Shown here one piece after another: positions 47,008 to 55,012 of a stretch of 55,012 nucleotides of DNA. The notes below the pieces were generated by a model. It did not search any database and was not told the origin of the DNA. It was given only the letters and a program-made list of their open reading frames with translations. Position 1 is the first letter of the stretch, and each line of letters starts with the position of its first letter. A program made the translations under genes and the position numbers. The stretch is taken from contig CAZLUT010000004.1 in NCBI GenBank assembly GCA_964562805.1, positions 1-55,012 on the forward strand. The letters are read 5' to 3'. Source of the DNA: an uncultured bacterium (lineage in GTDB: Bacteria; Omnitrophota; Omnitrophia; Omnitrophales; CAZLUT01).

Positions 47008-47018
47008 AATAAAAAACT

Positions 47019-50000
47019 ATGAGCAGTCCTTTTCTTGAACAGCTAAAGAAGAAAGTTATTATTCTTGATGGGGCATTGGGAACGAGCCTCCAGAAGCTTA
47101 ATTTGACTTCTGAAGATTTTGGCGGGAAGGATGGCTGTAATGAATATCTGGTGATTACAAAGCCGGAAGCAGTCCGAAGTGTCCATGAGAGTTATTTTAA
47201 GGCGGGGTGTGATGCCGTTGAAACGGATACTTTTGGCGCGACCCGCATTACCCTTTCTGAATATGACCTGGAAGATAAGGTTGTTGAAATTAATGAAAAA
47301 GCCGCGCGGCTTGCTAAAGAAGCAGCAAAAAAATACTCAACAGCTGATCACCCTCGTTTTGCTATTGGTTCTATTGGTCCCGGGACCAAGCTTCCTTCCT
47401 TGGGGCATATCGAGTTTGACGAACTAAAAGAAAGTTACAAAGAGCAGGTCGAGGGCCTTCTCAAAGGAGGTGTCGATGTCCTTTTAGTTGAAACGTGCCA
47501 GGATTTGCTTCAAACCAAAACAGCTATTATTGCGATTGAAGAGTGTTTCGTTGAAACGGGTAAGCGTGTTCCTCTGATGGCGCAGGTCACGTTTGAAGCC
47601 ACAGGGACAATGCTTTTAGGGAGTGATATGACGGCTGTTATCGCGGCTCTCGAAATGATGCCGGTTGATGTGATTGGAATGAATTGTGCCACCGGTCCTC
47701 AGGAGATGGCTGAACATATTCGTCAGCTTACGGAAAATTCTACCAAGTTTATTTCAGTGCTTCCCAATGCGGGAATGCCGGAAAATGTGGGAGGCGTCGC
47801 TCACTACCATTTACCGCCTAAGGAACTCGCTGATTTTCATGAACGCTTTGTTAAAGAGTTTGGGGTGTCTATCGTGGGAGGGTGCTGCGGAACGACTCCT
47901 GAACATATGAAAGCGGTAGTAGAGCGGGTAGGCAGCTTAAAACCCAAAAAAAGAATTCCTAAACATGAGCCGGCAAGTGCGAGTCTCTATACAGCTTCTA
48001 ATTACGCTCAAGACCCCCCGCCTTTTTTAATTGGTGAACAAACCAATGCCAATGGCAGCCGGAAGTTTAAAGGGCTTCTTGAAAAGAATGATTATGAAGG
48101 TTTGGTGGGAATGGGCCGTGCGGCTGAGCGCGAAGGGACGCATGCGATTGATGTTTGTATAGCTTATGTAGGACGAGACGAAAAGAAAGATGCCCATGAA
48201 ACCTTTTCCCGTTTTAATCAATATATTACCGTTCCTTTAATGATCGATTCAACCGAAGCGCCTGTTATTGAAGAAGCCTTAAAGCATATTGCAGGAAAAC
48301 CTTTTATTAACTCCATTAATTTAGAAGACGGCGAAGAGCGGATGGCAAAACTTTGCCCTTTAGCCAAGAAATATGGGGCAGCCCTCGTCGCGCTCACGAT
48401 TGATGAAAAGGGAATGGCTAAGACTCGCGATGAAAAATTTCAAATAGCTAAAAGAATTTATGATTTAGCCACTGTCAAATATGGTATTCGAGCGGAAGAT
48501 CTATTTTTTGATGCGCTCACTTTTACAATAGGAAGCGGCGATGAAGAGTTTAGGCAAGCTGCCATTGAAACAATAGAGGCCATTCGTCTCATAAAGAAAA
48601 ATTTGCCCAAAGTAAGAACAGTCTTGGGTGTCAGTAATATCTCTTTTGGTCTCGATCCTCACGCGCGTCACGTCTTAAATAGTGTTTTTCTTCATGAAGC
48701 TGTCACAGCAGGTCTCGATGCCGCCATTGTGCACGCTAAAAAAATTCTTCCCATATTTAAAATCTCTGAAGAAGAGCAAGAGCTCTCCCGTAATCTCATT
48801 TATAACAAACGGGTGAATGAGAAAGATCCTCTTCAGGCATTTATGGCACACTTTGGCGCTAAAACAGGTTCTTTAAAAGACAAAGAGTCCCGCAAAAAAG
48901 CAGATACGATTGAGGAGGCTCTCAAAGATAGAATCTTGGATGGCGACAGAGAGGAACTTAATAAGGATTTGGAAGACGCCTTGAAAAAATATTCAGCTCT
49001 AGAAATTATCAATCAAATTTTACTAGATGGCATGAAGACAGTTGGAGAACTTTTTGGAGCGGGAAAAATGCAGCTCCCCTTTGTGCTTCAATCAGCTGAG
49101 GTGATGAAAGCGGCCGTTGCTTACCTTGAACCCTTTATGGAGAAAATGGAGGGAAGTGAAAAAGGAAAAATTCTTTTAGCGACAGTTAAAGGCGATGTTC
49201 ATGATATTGGGAAGAATCTCGTAGATATCATTCTTACAAATAATGGTTACAAGGTTTTTAACATTGGAATCAAGCAATCAGTTGATCAAATTATCAGGGC
49301 CGCAGAAGAAAATAAAGTTGATGCCATTGGTCTTTCAGGTTTATTGGTTAAATCTACTCTTGTTATGAAAGAAGATCTCGAAGAAATGAATCGCCGTAAG
49401 CTCAAGGTGCCCGTTATTTGCGGAGGCGCCGCGCTCACGCGAAAATATGTTGAAGAAGATTTGAACGATATTTATAAGGGTTCTGTTTATTATGGGAAAG
49501 ATGCCTTTTCAGCCCTTCATGCAATGGAGGAAATCAAAAAAGGCGGTTCCTCGCCAAAAAAACCGAAATCTTCTAAAAAAGAAACAATACCAAAAGAAAA
49601 GCCCCCTATGGGAAAGTCTGAGGGAAGCCTCCAGGTTTCGGATACGAAGCATGATAATCCAGTCCCTGTTGCGCCTTTTTTAGGCTCTAAGATCATGGAT
49701 AAGATTGATATTAGAGAAGCGTTTAACTGGATCAATAAAAAATTTCTTTTTGCGGGTCAGTGGAAATTTCTTAGAAAAAAGGGTGTTAGCAAAAAAGAGC
49801 ATGAAAAATTTATACTTGAAAAAGTAGAGCCTCTTTTCGAAGATTTAAAAGAGAAATGTATTCATGAGAAAATTATTCGCCCCGGGGCTGTGTATGGATT
49901 TTATCCTTGTTACAGTGAAGGAAATGATTTAGTTGTTCTGGATGAAAAAACGGGGAAAGAGCGAGAATGTTTTACTTTTCCGCGTCAGCCTAAGGCGCCT

Positions 50001-50450
50001 TTCTATTGTTTGGCCGATTATTTTAAACCCAAGGTTTCAGGTGAAACAGATGTAGTAGGATTTATGGCCGTTACCTCGGGCAGTCATATTGATTCAGTAG
50101 CCCAGAAACTCTATAAAGCTGATAAATACAGCGACTATTTATATTTGCATGGCCTTTCTGTTGCGTTTGCTGAAGCCTTAACGGAATATGTGCATTCAAT
50201 TATAAGGCGTGAATTGGGTATTGCAGGACGTGACGCAAAGACGCTCAGCGAAATATTAGATAAGGAATATCAGGGCTGCCGCTATGGCTTTGGCTATTCA
50301 GCTTGTCCTAATATGGAAGACCAGAAAAAATTGTTTCATTTGTTGCCGGCAGAGAAGGTCGGGATTATCCTTAATGAGGAACTGCAGATGGTTCCTGAAC
50401 ATTCCACCTCGGCCCTCGTAATTCATCATCCCGAAGCAAAATATTTTTAA
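47019..50450 (+). CDS. metH: Cobalamin-dependent methionine synthase
   Basis: DGALGT, GMNCATGP, GGCCGTTP, GEQTNANGS, GDVHDIGKN, GLSGLL, PEHSTSA. Confidence 0.96.
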   Translation: MSSPFLEQLKKKVIILDGALGTSLQKLNLTSEDFGGKDGCNEYLVITKPEAVRSVHESYFKAGCDAVETDTFGATRITLSEYDLEDKVVEINEKAARLAKEAAKKYSTADHPRFAIGSIGPGTKLPSLGHIEFDELKESYKEQVEGLLKGGVDVLLVETCQDLLQTKTAIIAIEECFVETGKRVPLMAQVTFEATGTMLLGSDMTAVIAALEMMPVDVIGMNCATGPQEMAEHIRQLTENSTKFISVLPNAGMPENVGGVAHYHLPPKELADFHERFVKEFGVSIVGGCCGTTPEHMKAVVERVGSLKPKKRIPKHEPASASLYTASNYAQDPPPFLIGEQTNANGSRKFKGLLEKNDYEGLVGMGRAAEREGTHAIDVCIAYVGRDEKKDAHETFSRFNQYITVPLMIDSTEAPVIEEALKHIAGKPFINSINLEDGEERMAKLCPLAKKYGAALVALTIDEKGMAKTRDEKFQIAKRIYDLATVKYGIRAEDLFFDALTFTIGSGDEEFRQAAIETIEAIRLIKKNLPKVRTVLGVSNISFGLDPHARHVLNSVFLHEAVTAGLDAAIVHAKKILPIFKISEEEQELSRNLIYNKRVNEKDPLQAFMAHFGAKTGSLKDKESRKKADTIEEALKDRILDGDREELNKDLEDALKKYSALEIINQILLDGMKTVGELFGAGKMQLPFVLQSAEVMKAAVAYLEPFMEKMEGSEKGKILLATVKGDVHDIGKNLVDIILTNNGYKVFNIGIKQSVDQIIRAAEENKVDAIGLSGLLVKSTLVMKEDLEEMNRRKLKVPVICGGAALTRKYVEEDLNDIYKGSVYYGKDAFSALHAMEEIKKGGSSPKKPKSSKKETIPKEKPPMGKSEGSLQVSDTKHDNPVPVAPFLGSKIMDKIDIREAFNWINKKFLFAGQWKFLRKKGVSKKEHEKFILEKVEPLFEDLKEKCIHEKIIRPGAVYGFYPCYSEGNDLVVLDEKTGKERECFTFPRQPKAPFYCLADYFKPKVSGETDVVGFMAVTSGSHIDSVAQKLYKADKYSDYLYLHGLSVAFAEALTEYVHSIIRRELGIAGRDAKTLSEILDKEYQGCRYGFGYSACPNMEDQKKLFHLLPAEKVGIILNEELQMVPEHSTSALVIHHPEAKYF

Positions 50451-50523
50451 TATTGTTTAAGAAAAGCTTACAATAGTTCAATAATTTAAAACTAAATTTG
50501 GCACTAACCGGGGAGCAATATTT

Positions 50524-53073
50524 ATGATTAATATTGATGAAGCTGAAAAGCTCGAAATCTCTCAAGTTTTTGAAAAAACCGGATCAACTCGTAATGGCCT
50601 TAATTCAGAAGAAGTTAAAAAGCGTATTACTCAATACGGACCTAACGCTTTAGAAACCAAAAAAGAAAACCCGCTCTTAAAATTTTTGGGATATTTTTGG
50701 GGTCCTATTCCCTGGATGATCGAAGTGGCTGCAATTCTCTCAGCTATTGTAAAGCATTGGCCGGATTTAATTATTATCTTAGTACTTCTTATCTTCAACG
50801 GAGTTATCGGGTTTTGGGAGGAGCATAAGGCAGCCAATGCCCTTGCTGCTTTAAAGAAAGGACTTGCTCTTAAAGCACGGGCTTTTCGGGATGGTGCCTG
50901 GCAGGAAGTCAGCGCTGATAATTTAGTGCCGGGGGATGTGATTCGGATCCGTTTGGGGGATATTATTCCGGCTGACGTTAAGCTCCTAGAGGGTGACTAT
51001 ATCAGTATTGATCAAGCCGCTTTAACAGGCGAATCCTTACCGGTTAGCAAGCGTGTCGGCGGCATTGCTTATTCGGGTTCAGTAGCAAAGCAGGGTGAAA
51101 TGGTTGCCTTGGTTGTGGGTACGGGCGGCAATACATTTTTTGGCAGAACAGCTAAATTGGTGGCTGATGCGGGCGCGGTTTCTCACTTTCAAAAAGCGGT
51201 CATGCGAATAGGAGATTTCCTTATTTTTGTTGCGGTCGGCTTAAGTATTATTTTAATCCTCGTTGAACTGTTTCATCATGCCCCATTTCTGGAACTGATC
51301 CAATTTGTATTGATTCTTGTTATTGCATCGATCCCTGTTGCAATGCCGGCTGTGCTTTCGGTTACAATGGCTTTGGGCGCTCTTACCCTATCTCGCAACA
51401 AAGCCATTGTTTCACGTCTCCAAGCTATTGAAGAAATGGCAGGTATTGATATTCTTTGTTCTGACAAGACCGGCACTTTGACTAAAAATCAATTAACGCT
51501 CGGCACGCCAGTTGTTTTTGAAGCGAAAGACCAGGAAGAGTGCGTTTTGGCAGGCGCTTTAGCTTCTAAAGAAGAAGATAATGATCCAATTGATTTGGCT
51601 GTAATCGGAGGTCTTTCCAACAAATCTCTTTTAAGTGAATACGTCCAAGAAAAATTTATTCCGTTTGATCCTGTTGGCAAGCGTACCGAGGGCATTGTTC
51701 ACGACCGAAAAGGAAAGGTAGTTCGATTTACTAAAGGGGCCCCCCAAGTTATTTTAGAAATGTGCCATGTGGCAGAGGAGGTTGCGGCCCGCGCTAACCA
51801 AACAGTTAATGAGATGGCTTCTAAAGGGTATCGAACTTTGGGCGTTGCAAGATCGACTAAGGATGATAAATGGGACTTTATGGGCATTCTTCCTCTGTTT
51901 GATCCTCCGCGTGATGACTCCAAAGAAACCATTCAAAAAGCAAAAGAGCACGGGCTTCAAGTTAAGATGGTTACAGGGGACAACGTTGCGATTGGTTCTG
52001 AGATTTCGGGTCAACTCGGAATGGGTAAACATATTCAGCCGGCAACGAATCTTTTTAAAAGCAGCATCGACCCGAGTCATTTATCAGCCGCAGCAGCCCA
52101 GTATATTGAAAAAGCTGATGGCTTTGCTCAAGTTTTCCCCGAGCATAAATACGGAATAGTAAAGGCTCTTCAGGACCGCGGGCATTTGGTAGCAATGACA
52201 GGTGACGGCGTGAATGATGCTCCGGCCTTGAAACAGGCTGATACCGGTATCGCTGTCTCGGGTGCCACCGATGCTGCCCGGGCAGCGGCAGCTCTTGTGC
52301 TTACTGAGCCCGGTTTATCGGTCATTATTAAAGCAATCGAAATCGCTCGCCAGATATTTGAGCGAATGATGAGTTATACGATTTATCGGATTGCGATGAC
52401 TGTTGATATTATGTTTTTTGTAGTGCTCGGGATGCTTGTTTATGATTTTCAGCCTTTGACAGCTATCATGATTATCGTTTTAGCTCTCTTAGATGATATA
52501 CCTATCATGACCATTGCCTATGATAATACAAAGGTTGATAAGAAGCCTGTTAAATGGAATATGCATCGAGTTCTTTCTGTTTCTTCGGTTTTAGGTCTTT
52601 TGGCGGTTGTTCAAACTTTTGGTTTGTTGTTCCTCATGAAAGAATGGTGGATGAACAATCCTGTCATGCAGTCTTGGATTCATATTGATATTCCGCATCT
52701 TCAAACTATGCTTTTCTTGCAATTGGTAGCGGGAGGCCACTTGATGCTTTTTGTTACCCGCACAAGAGGGTTTTTTCTTAAGCCGCCGTATCCAGCCTGG
52801 CTTCTTTCAATAGCGATTATTGGAACTCAGATATTTGCAATGCTAATGTGCGGATTTGGATGGCTGGTACCGGCTATTCCGTGGTCGCTCATTGGTTTGG
52901 TGTGGGCGTATAACGCAGTTTGGATGTTTATTCAGGACTTTGTTAAATTAACCGTTTACCGCATGAGTGAAGAAAAAGCGGGTCACCATAAGAGTTTCTT
53001 GGGTCTTCTGAATCAACATTTACACTCGCACTGCGCTTACCATCACCAAAAAGTGAAGGTGGCAACTAATTAG
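50524..53073 (+). CDS. P-type IIIA plasma-membrane-type H+-efflux ATPase
   Basis: FWGPIPWMIE, TGES, IPVAMPAVLSVTMA, DKTGT, KGAP, TGDN, GDGVNDAP, ALLDDIPIMTIAYDN. Confidence 0.92.
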   Translation: MINIDEAEKLEISQVFEKTGSTRNGLNSEEVKKRITQYGPNALETKKENPLLKFLGYFWGPIPWMIEVAAILSAIVKHWPDLIIILVLLIFNGVIGFWEEHKAANALAALKKGLALKARAFRDGAWQEVSADNLVPGDVIRIRLGDIIPADVKLLEGDYISIDQAALTGESLPVSKRVGGIAYSGSVAKQGEMVALVVGTGGNTFFGRTAKLVADAGAVSHFQKAVMRIGDFLIFVAVGLSIILILVELFHHAPFLELIQFVLILVIASIPVAMPAVLSVTMALGALTLSRNKAIVSRLQAIEEMAGIDILCSDKTGTLTKNQLTLGTPVVFEAKDQEECVLAGALASKEEDNDPIDLAVIGGLSNKSLLSEYVQEKFIPFDPVGKRTEGIVHDRKGKVVRFTKGAPQVILEMCHVAEEVAARANQTVNEMASKGYRTLGVARSTKDDKWDFMGILPLFDPPRDDSKETIQKAKEHGLQVKMVTGDNVAIGSEISGQLGMGKHIQPATNLFKSSIDPSHLSAAAAQYIEKADGFAQVFPEHKYGIVKALQDRGHLVAMTGDGVNDAPALKQADTGIAVSGATDAARAAAALVLTEPGLSVIIKAIEIARQIFERMMSYTIYRIAMTVDIMFFVVLGMLVYDFQPLTAIMIIVLALLDDIPIMTIAYDNTKVDKKPVKWNMHRVLSVSSVLGLLAVVQTFGLLFLMKEWWMNNPVMQSWIHIDIPHLQTMLFLQLVAGGHLMLFVTRTRGFFLKPPYPAWLLSIAIIGTQIFAMLMCGFGWLVPAIPWSLIGLVWAYNAVWMFIQDFVKLTVYRMSEEKAGHHKSFLGLLNQHLHSHCAYHHQKVKVATN

Positions 53074-53087
53074 TTCATATTGTTCTT

Positions 53088-54482
53088 ATGAATAACGCCG
53101 AAGGTAGCCAAGTGAAATCAAAGAGCGGTTTTACAATGGCCGTTTTAGGAATTTTAGTAGGTATTGTAGCGGGCCTTGGCGCCATTTTTTTTAGGGGTCT
53201 CATAGCGGTTTTCCATAATTTTTTCTTTCTCGGAAAATTTTCCATTCATTATGATACGAACCTCCATACTCCGGCCAGTCCCTGGGAATGGGGGGTTATT
53301 TTTGTTCCCGTTTTGGGTGCAGTGATGGTTGCCTGGCTTGTTAAGACGTGGGCGCCGGAGGCTAAAGGTCACGGTGTACCGGAAGTTATGGATGCCATTC
53401 ACTATAATGAAGGAAAAATTCGCCCTATTGTAGCTGTTATAAAAAGCATAGCCTCTGCACTCTCGATCGGAACGGGCGGCTCTGTCGGACGGGAAGGGCC
53501 CATTATTCAAATAGGGGCTACCTTCGGTTCGACCGTCGGCAGTTGGATTCGAATGCCTGCCTTACAACGCTCCACTTTGATAGCAGCAGGGGCAGGGGGA
53601 GGAATTGCCGCAACCTTCAATTGTCCTTTAGCCGGCGTCGCTTTTGCGGTTGAATTAATGCTTCCGATTGTTAGAGCGTCAACTTTAATGCCGGTTATTC
53701 TTTCGACCGCTATTGCAACTCATATTGGACGCATGGCTTTTGGAATGCACCCAAGTTTTGTGGTGCCCGAATTGGCTATTCCGGCGCATGCAGCGATGAA
53801 TCCCTGGGTTTTTCCGCTTCTTATTATTTTTGGTATTTTGATGGGAATAGCCGCCGTTCTTTTTATTAGAGGCCTCTATTGGTCTGAAGACCTCTTTAAT
53901 CGTATTCCGGGAAATTATTATTCGCGGCACATGCTAGGCATGCTTTTTGTGGGAATTGAAATGTATTTGTTTTTAAAATTTTTTGGTCACTATTTTGTTC
54001 AAGGTGTAGGGTATGCAACGATCATGGATGTCTTGACGGGCGTCCTTACAAACCCTTGGTTTTTGCTTTTGATTTTTGGCGCCAAGTTATGCGCTACTTT
54101 TTTCACTCTCGGTTCGGGCGCTTCGGGTGGAATTTTCTCACCCGGCCTTTATATGGGCGCGGCCCTTGGCGCAGCATTTGGTGTTATTTGCCAAAAACTT
54201 ATTCCCGGCCTTCCCATTAGTCCGGTTGTTTTTGCCGTGGCCGGCATGGCCGCTATGATTGGAGGAACGACAGGGGCCGCAGTCACAGCCAGTGTTATGA
54301 TTTTTGAACAAACCCGAGACTATAGTGCTATCCTTCCAATTTTAATTACAGTAGCTATTAGTTACGCAATTCGTAACGCTTTATGTAAATCTAGTATTTA
54401 TACACTGAAACTTGAAAGACGCGGCCATATCATACCGGGAGTCTTGAAAGCCGTAAGAAATTCAGAAATTGACCGAACGTAA
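53088..54482 (+). CDS. CLC family chloride channel / Cl-/H+ antiporter, no CBS domains
   Basis: GHGVP, GREGP (gating Glu retained), GGIFSP, C-terminal SIY. Confidence 0.9.
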   Translation: MNNAEGSQVKSKSGFTMAVLGILVGIVAGLGAIFFRGLIAVFHNFFFLGKFSIHYDTNLHTPASPWEWGVIFVPVLGAVMVAWLVKTWAPEAKGHGVPEVMDAIHYNEGKIRPIVAVIKSIASALSIGTGGSVGREGPIIQIGATFGSTVGSWIRMPALQRSTLIAAGAGGGIAATFNCPLAGVAFAVELMLPIVRASTLMPVILSTAIATHIGRMAFGMHPSFVVPELAIPAHAAMNPWVFPLLIIFGILMGIAAVLFIRGLYWSEDLFNRIPGNYYSRHMLGMLFVGIEMYLFLKFFGHYFVQGVGYATIMDVLTGVLTNPWFLLLIFGAKLCATFFTLGSGASGGIFSPGLYMGAALGAAFGVICQKLIPGLPISPVVFAVAGMAAMIGGTTGAAVTASVMIFEQTRDYSAILPILITVAISYAIRNALCKSSIYTLKLERRGHIIPGVLKAVRNSEIDRT

Positions 54483-54503
54483 TTTTCCAAATGACTAAAA
54501 ACC

Positions 54504-54528
54504 CCTCAGCTCTCAGATCTCAGATCTT
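54504..54528. repeat. AGATCTY heptamer array
   Basis: CTCAGCTCTCAGATCTCAGATCTT. Confidence 0.8.
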
Positions 54529-54540
54529 ATCCCTACCATA

Positions 54541-55012
54541 ATGAGACTTTTATCACCTAAATATTATCTTTTATTTATTTTAACTTATTCGATCTTTATT
54601 TTTTATGTGGCTCTTTTGCCTCTTGAAATCGAGTGGGCGAGAAGCTCCCTCGCTCTTGAAAGAGCGATTACCATATGGAGTGATAATAATTTTTATACAA
54701 CAAAGGGTGATGTATTAGCCAATATTATCCTCTTCTTTTTTTTAGGAGTTCTGCTTAAGTTTTCTTTTGGACCCAAGGATAAGTGGCATACGGTAAAAGT
54801 GGTGCTTGCTCTTAGTTATGGATTTTTGCTCTGTTATTCAATTGAAATTTTTCAAGAGCTTATTTCAAATCGCAAATCTTCCTTGCTTGATATTTGGGTA
54901 GACACCTTTTCGTGTGCCGGAGGAATTTTATTGGTTTGGCTCCTTCAGACTTCTAATTTTTTTCCTTTATTATTTAAGTGGATTCAAGGCCGGCTGAGAG
55001 AAAATCCTTATC
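54541..55012 (+). CDS. VanZ-like family membrane protein, 3'-partial and absent from the ORF track
   Basis: Open frame from ATG 54541 to the window end: MRLLSPKYY...DVLANIILFFFLG...SIEIFQELISNRKSSLLDIWVD. Confidence 0.75.
   Translation, partial: MRLLSPKYYLLFILTYSIFIFYVALLPLEIEWARSSLALERAITIWSDNNFYTTKGDVLANIILFFFLGVLLKFSFGPKDKWHTVKVVLALSYGFLLCYSIEIFQELISNRKSSLLDIWVDTFSCAGGILLVWLLQTSNFFPLLFKWIQGRLRENPY

Noticed and set aside
47000-47018. SAM or cobalamin riboswitch before metH
   Set aside because: The intergenic gap is only 11 nt.
50498-50515. TTGGCAC as a sigma-54 site before the H+-ATPase
   Set aside because: No GC at the -12 position (GG-N10 is followed by GG).

Overview
A 55-kb AT-rich bacterial chromosome segment, mostly housekeeping: accA, glmS, gltBD, glgA, galE, rmlBAC, fbaA, purU, metH, TrmH, RluA, a DnaQ-GIY-YIG fusion, a Ski2-like helicase, a truncated ComM, a P-type H+-ATPase and a CLC. 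Gene style and the large exported modular protein suggest a PVC-related lineage such as Omnitrophota (inference only). I found no tRNA, rRNA, CRISPR array, integrase or transposase. Main highlights: (1) A 1563-aa exported protein (25335-30026) whose unrelated enzyme modules are separated by three in-frame junctions sharing the identical DNA sequence GCGAGTTTGGG (ASLG), suggesting a cassette-exchange architecture; a 3x7-nt tandem repeat just before junction 2 could act as a frameshift switch. (2) A sigma-28 circuit with no flagellar genes in the window: FliA/WhiG sigma, a minimal FlgM-like gene with a near-consensus sigma-28 promoter, a stand-alone MerR HTH and a K/E-rich TPR protein, preceded by a tandem NrdR-like box pair. 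(3) Several families of 7-nt tandem repeats at gene boundaries, some mirrored into hairpins and placing stop codons in all frames. (4) Many genes with a -10 box only 5-11 nt before the ATG (leaderless or short-leader). (5) An Omp85 barrel / exported kinase-like protein / DUF5329-like operon. All protein family calls come from motif recognition, not database searches.
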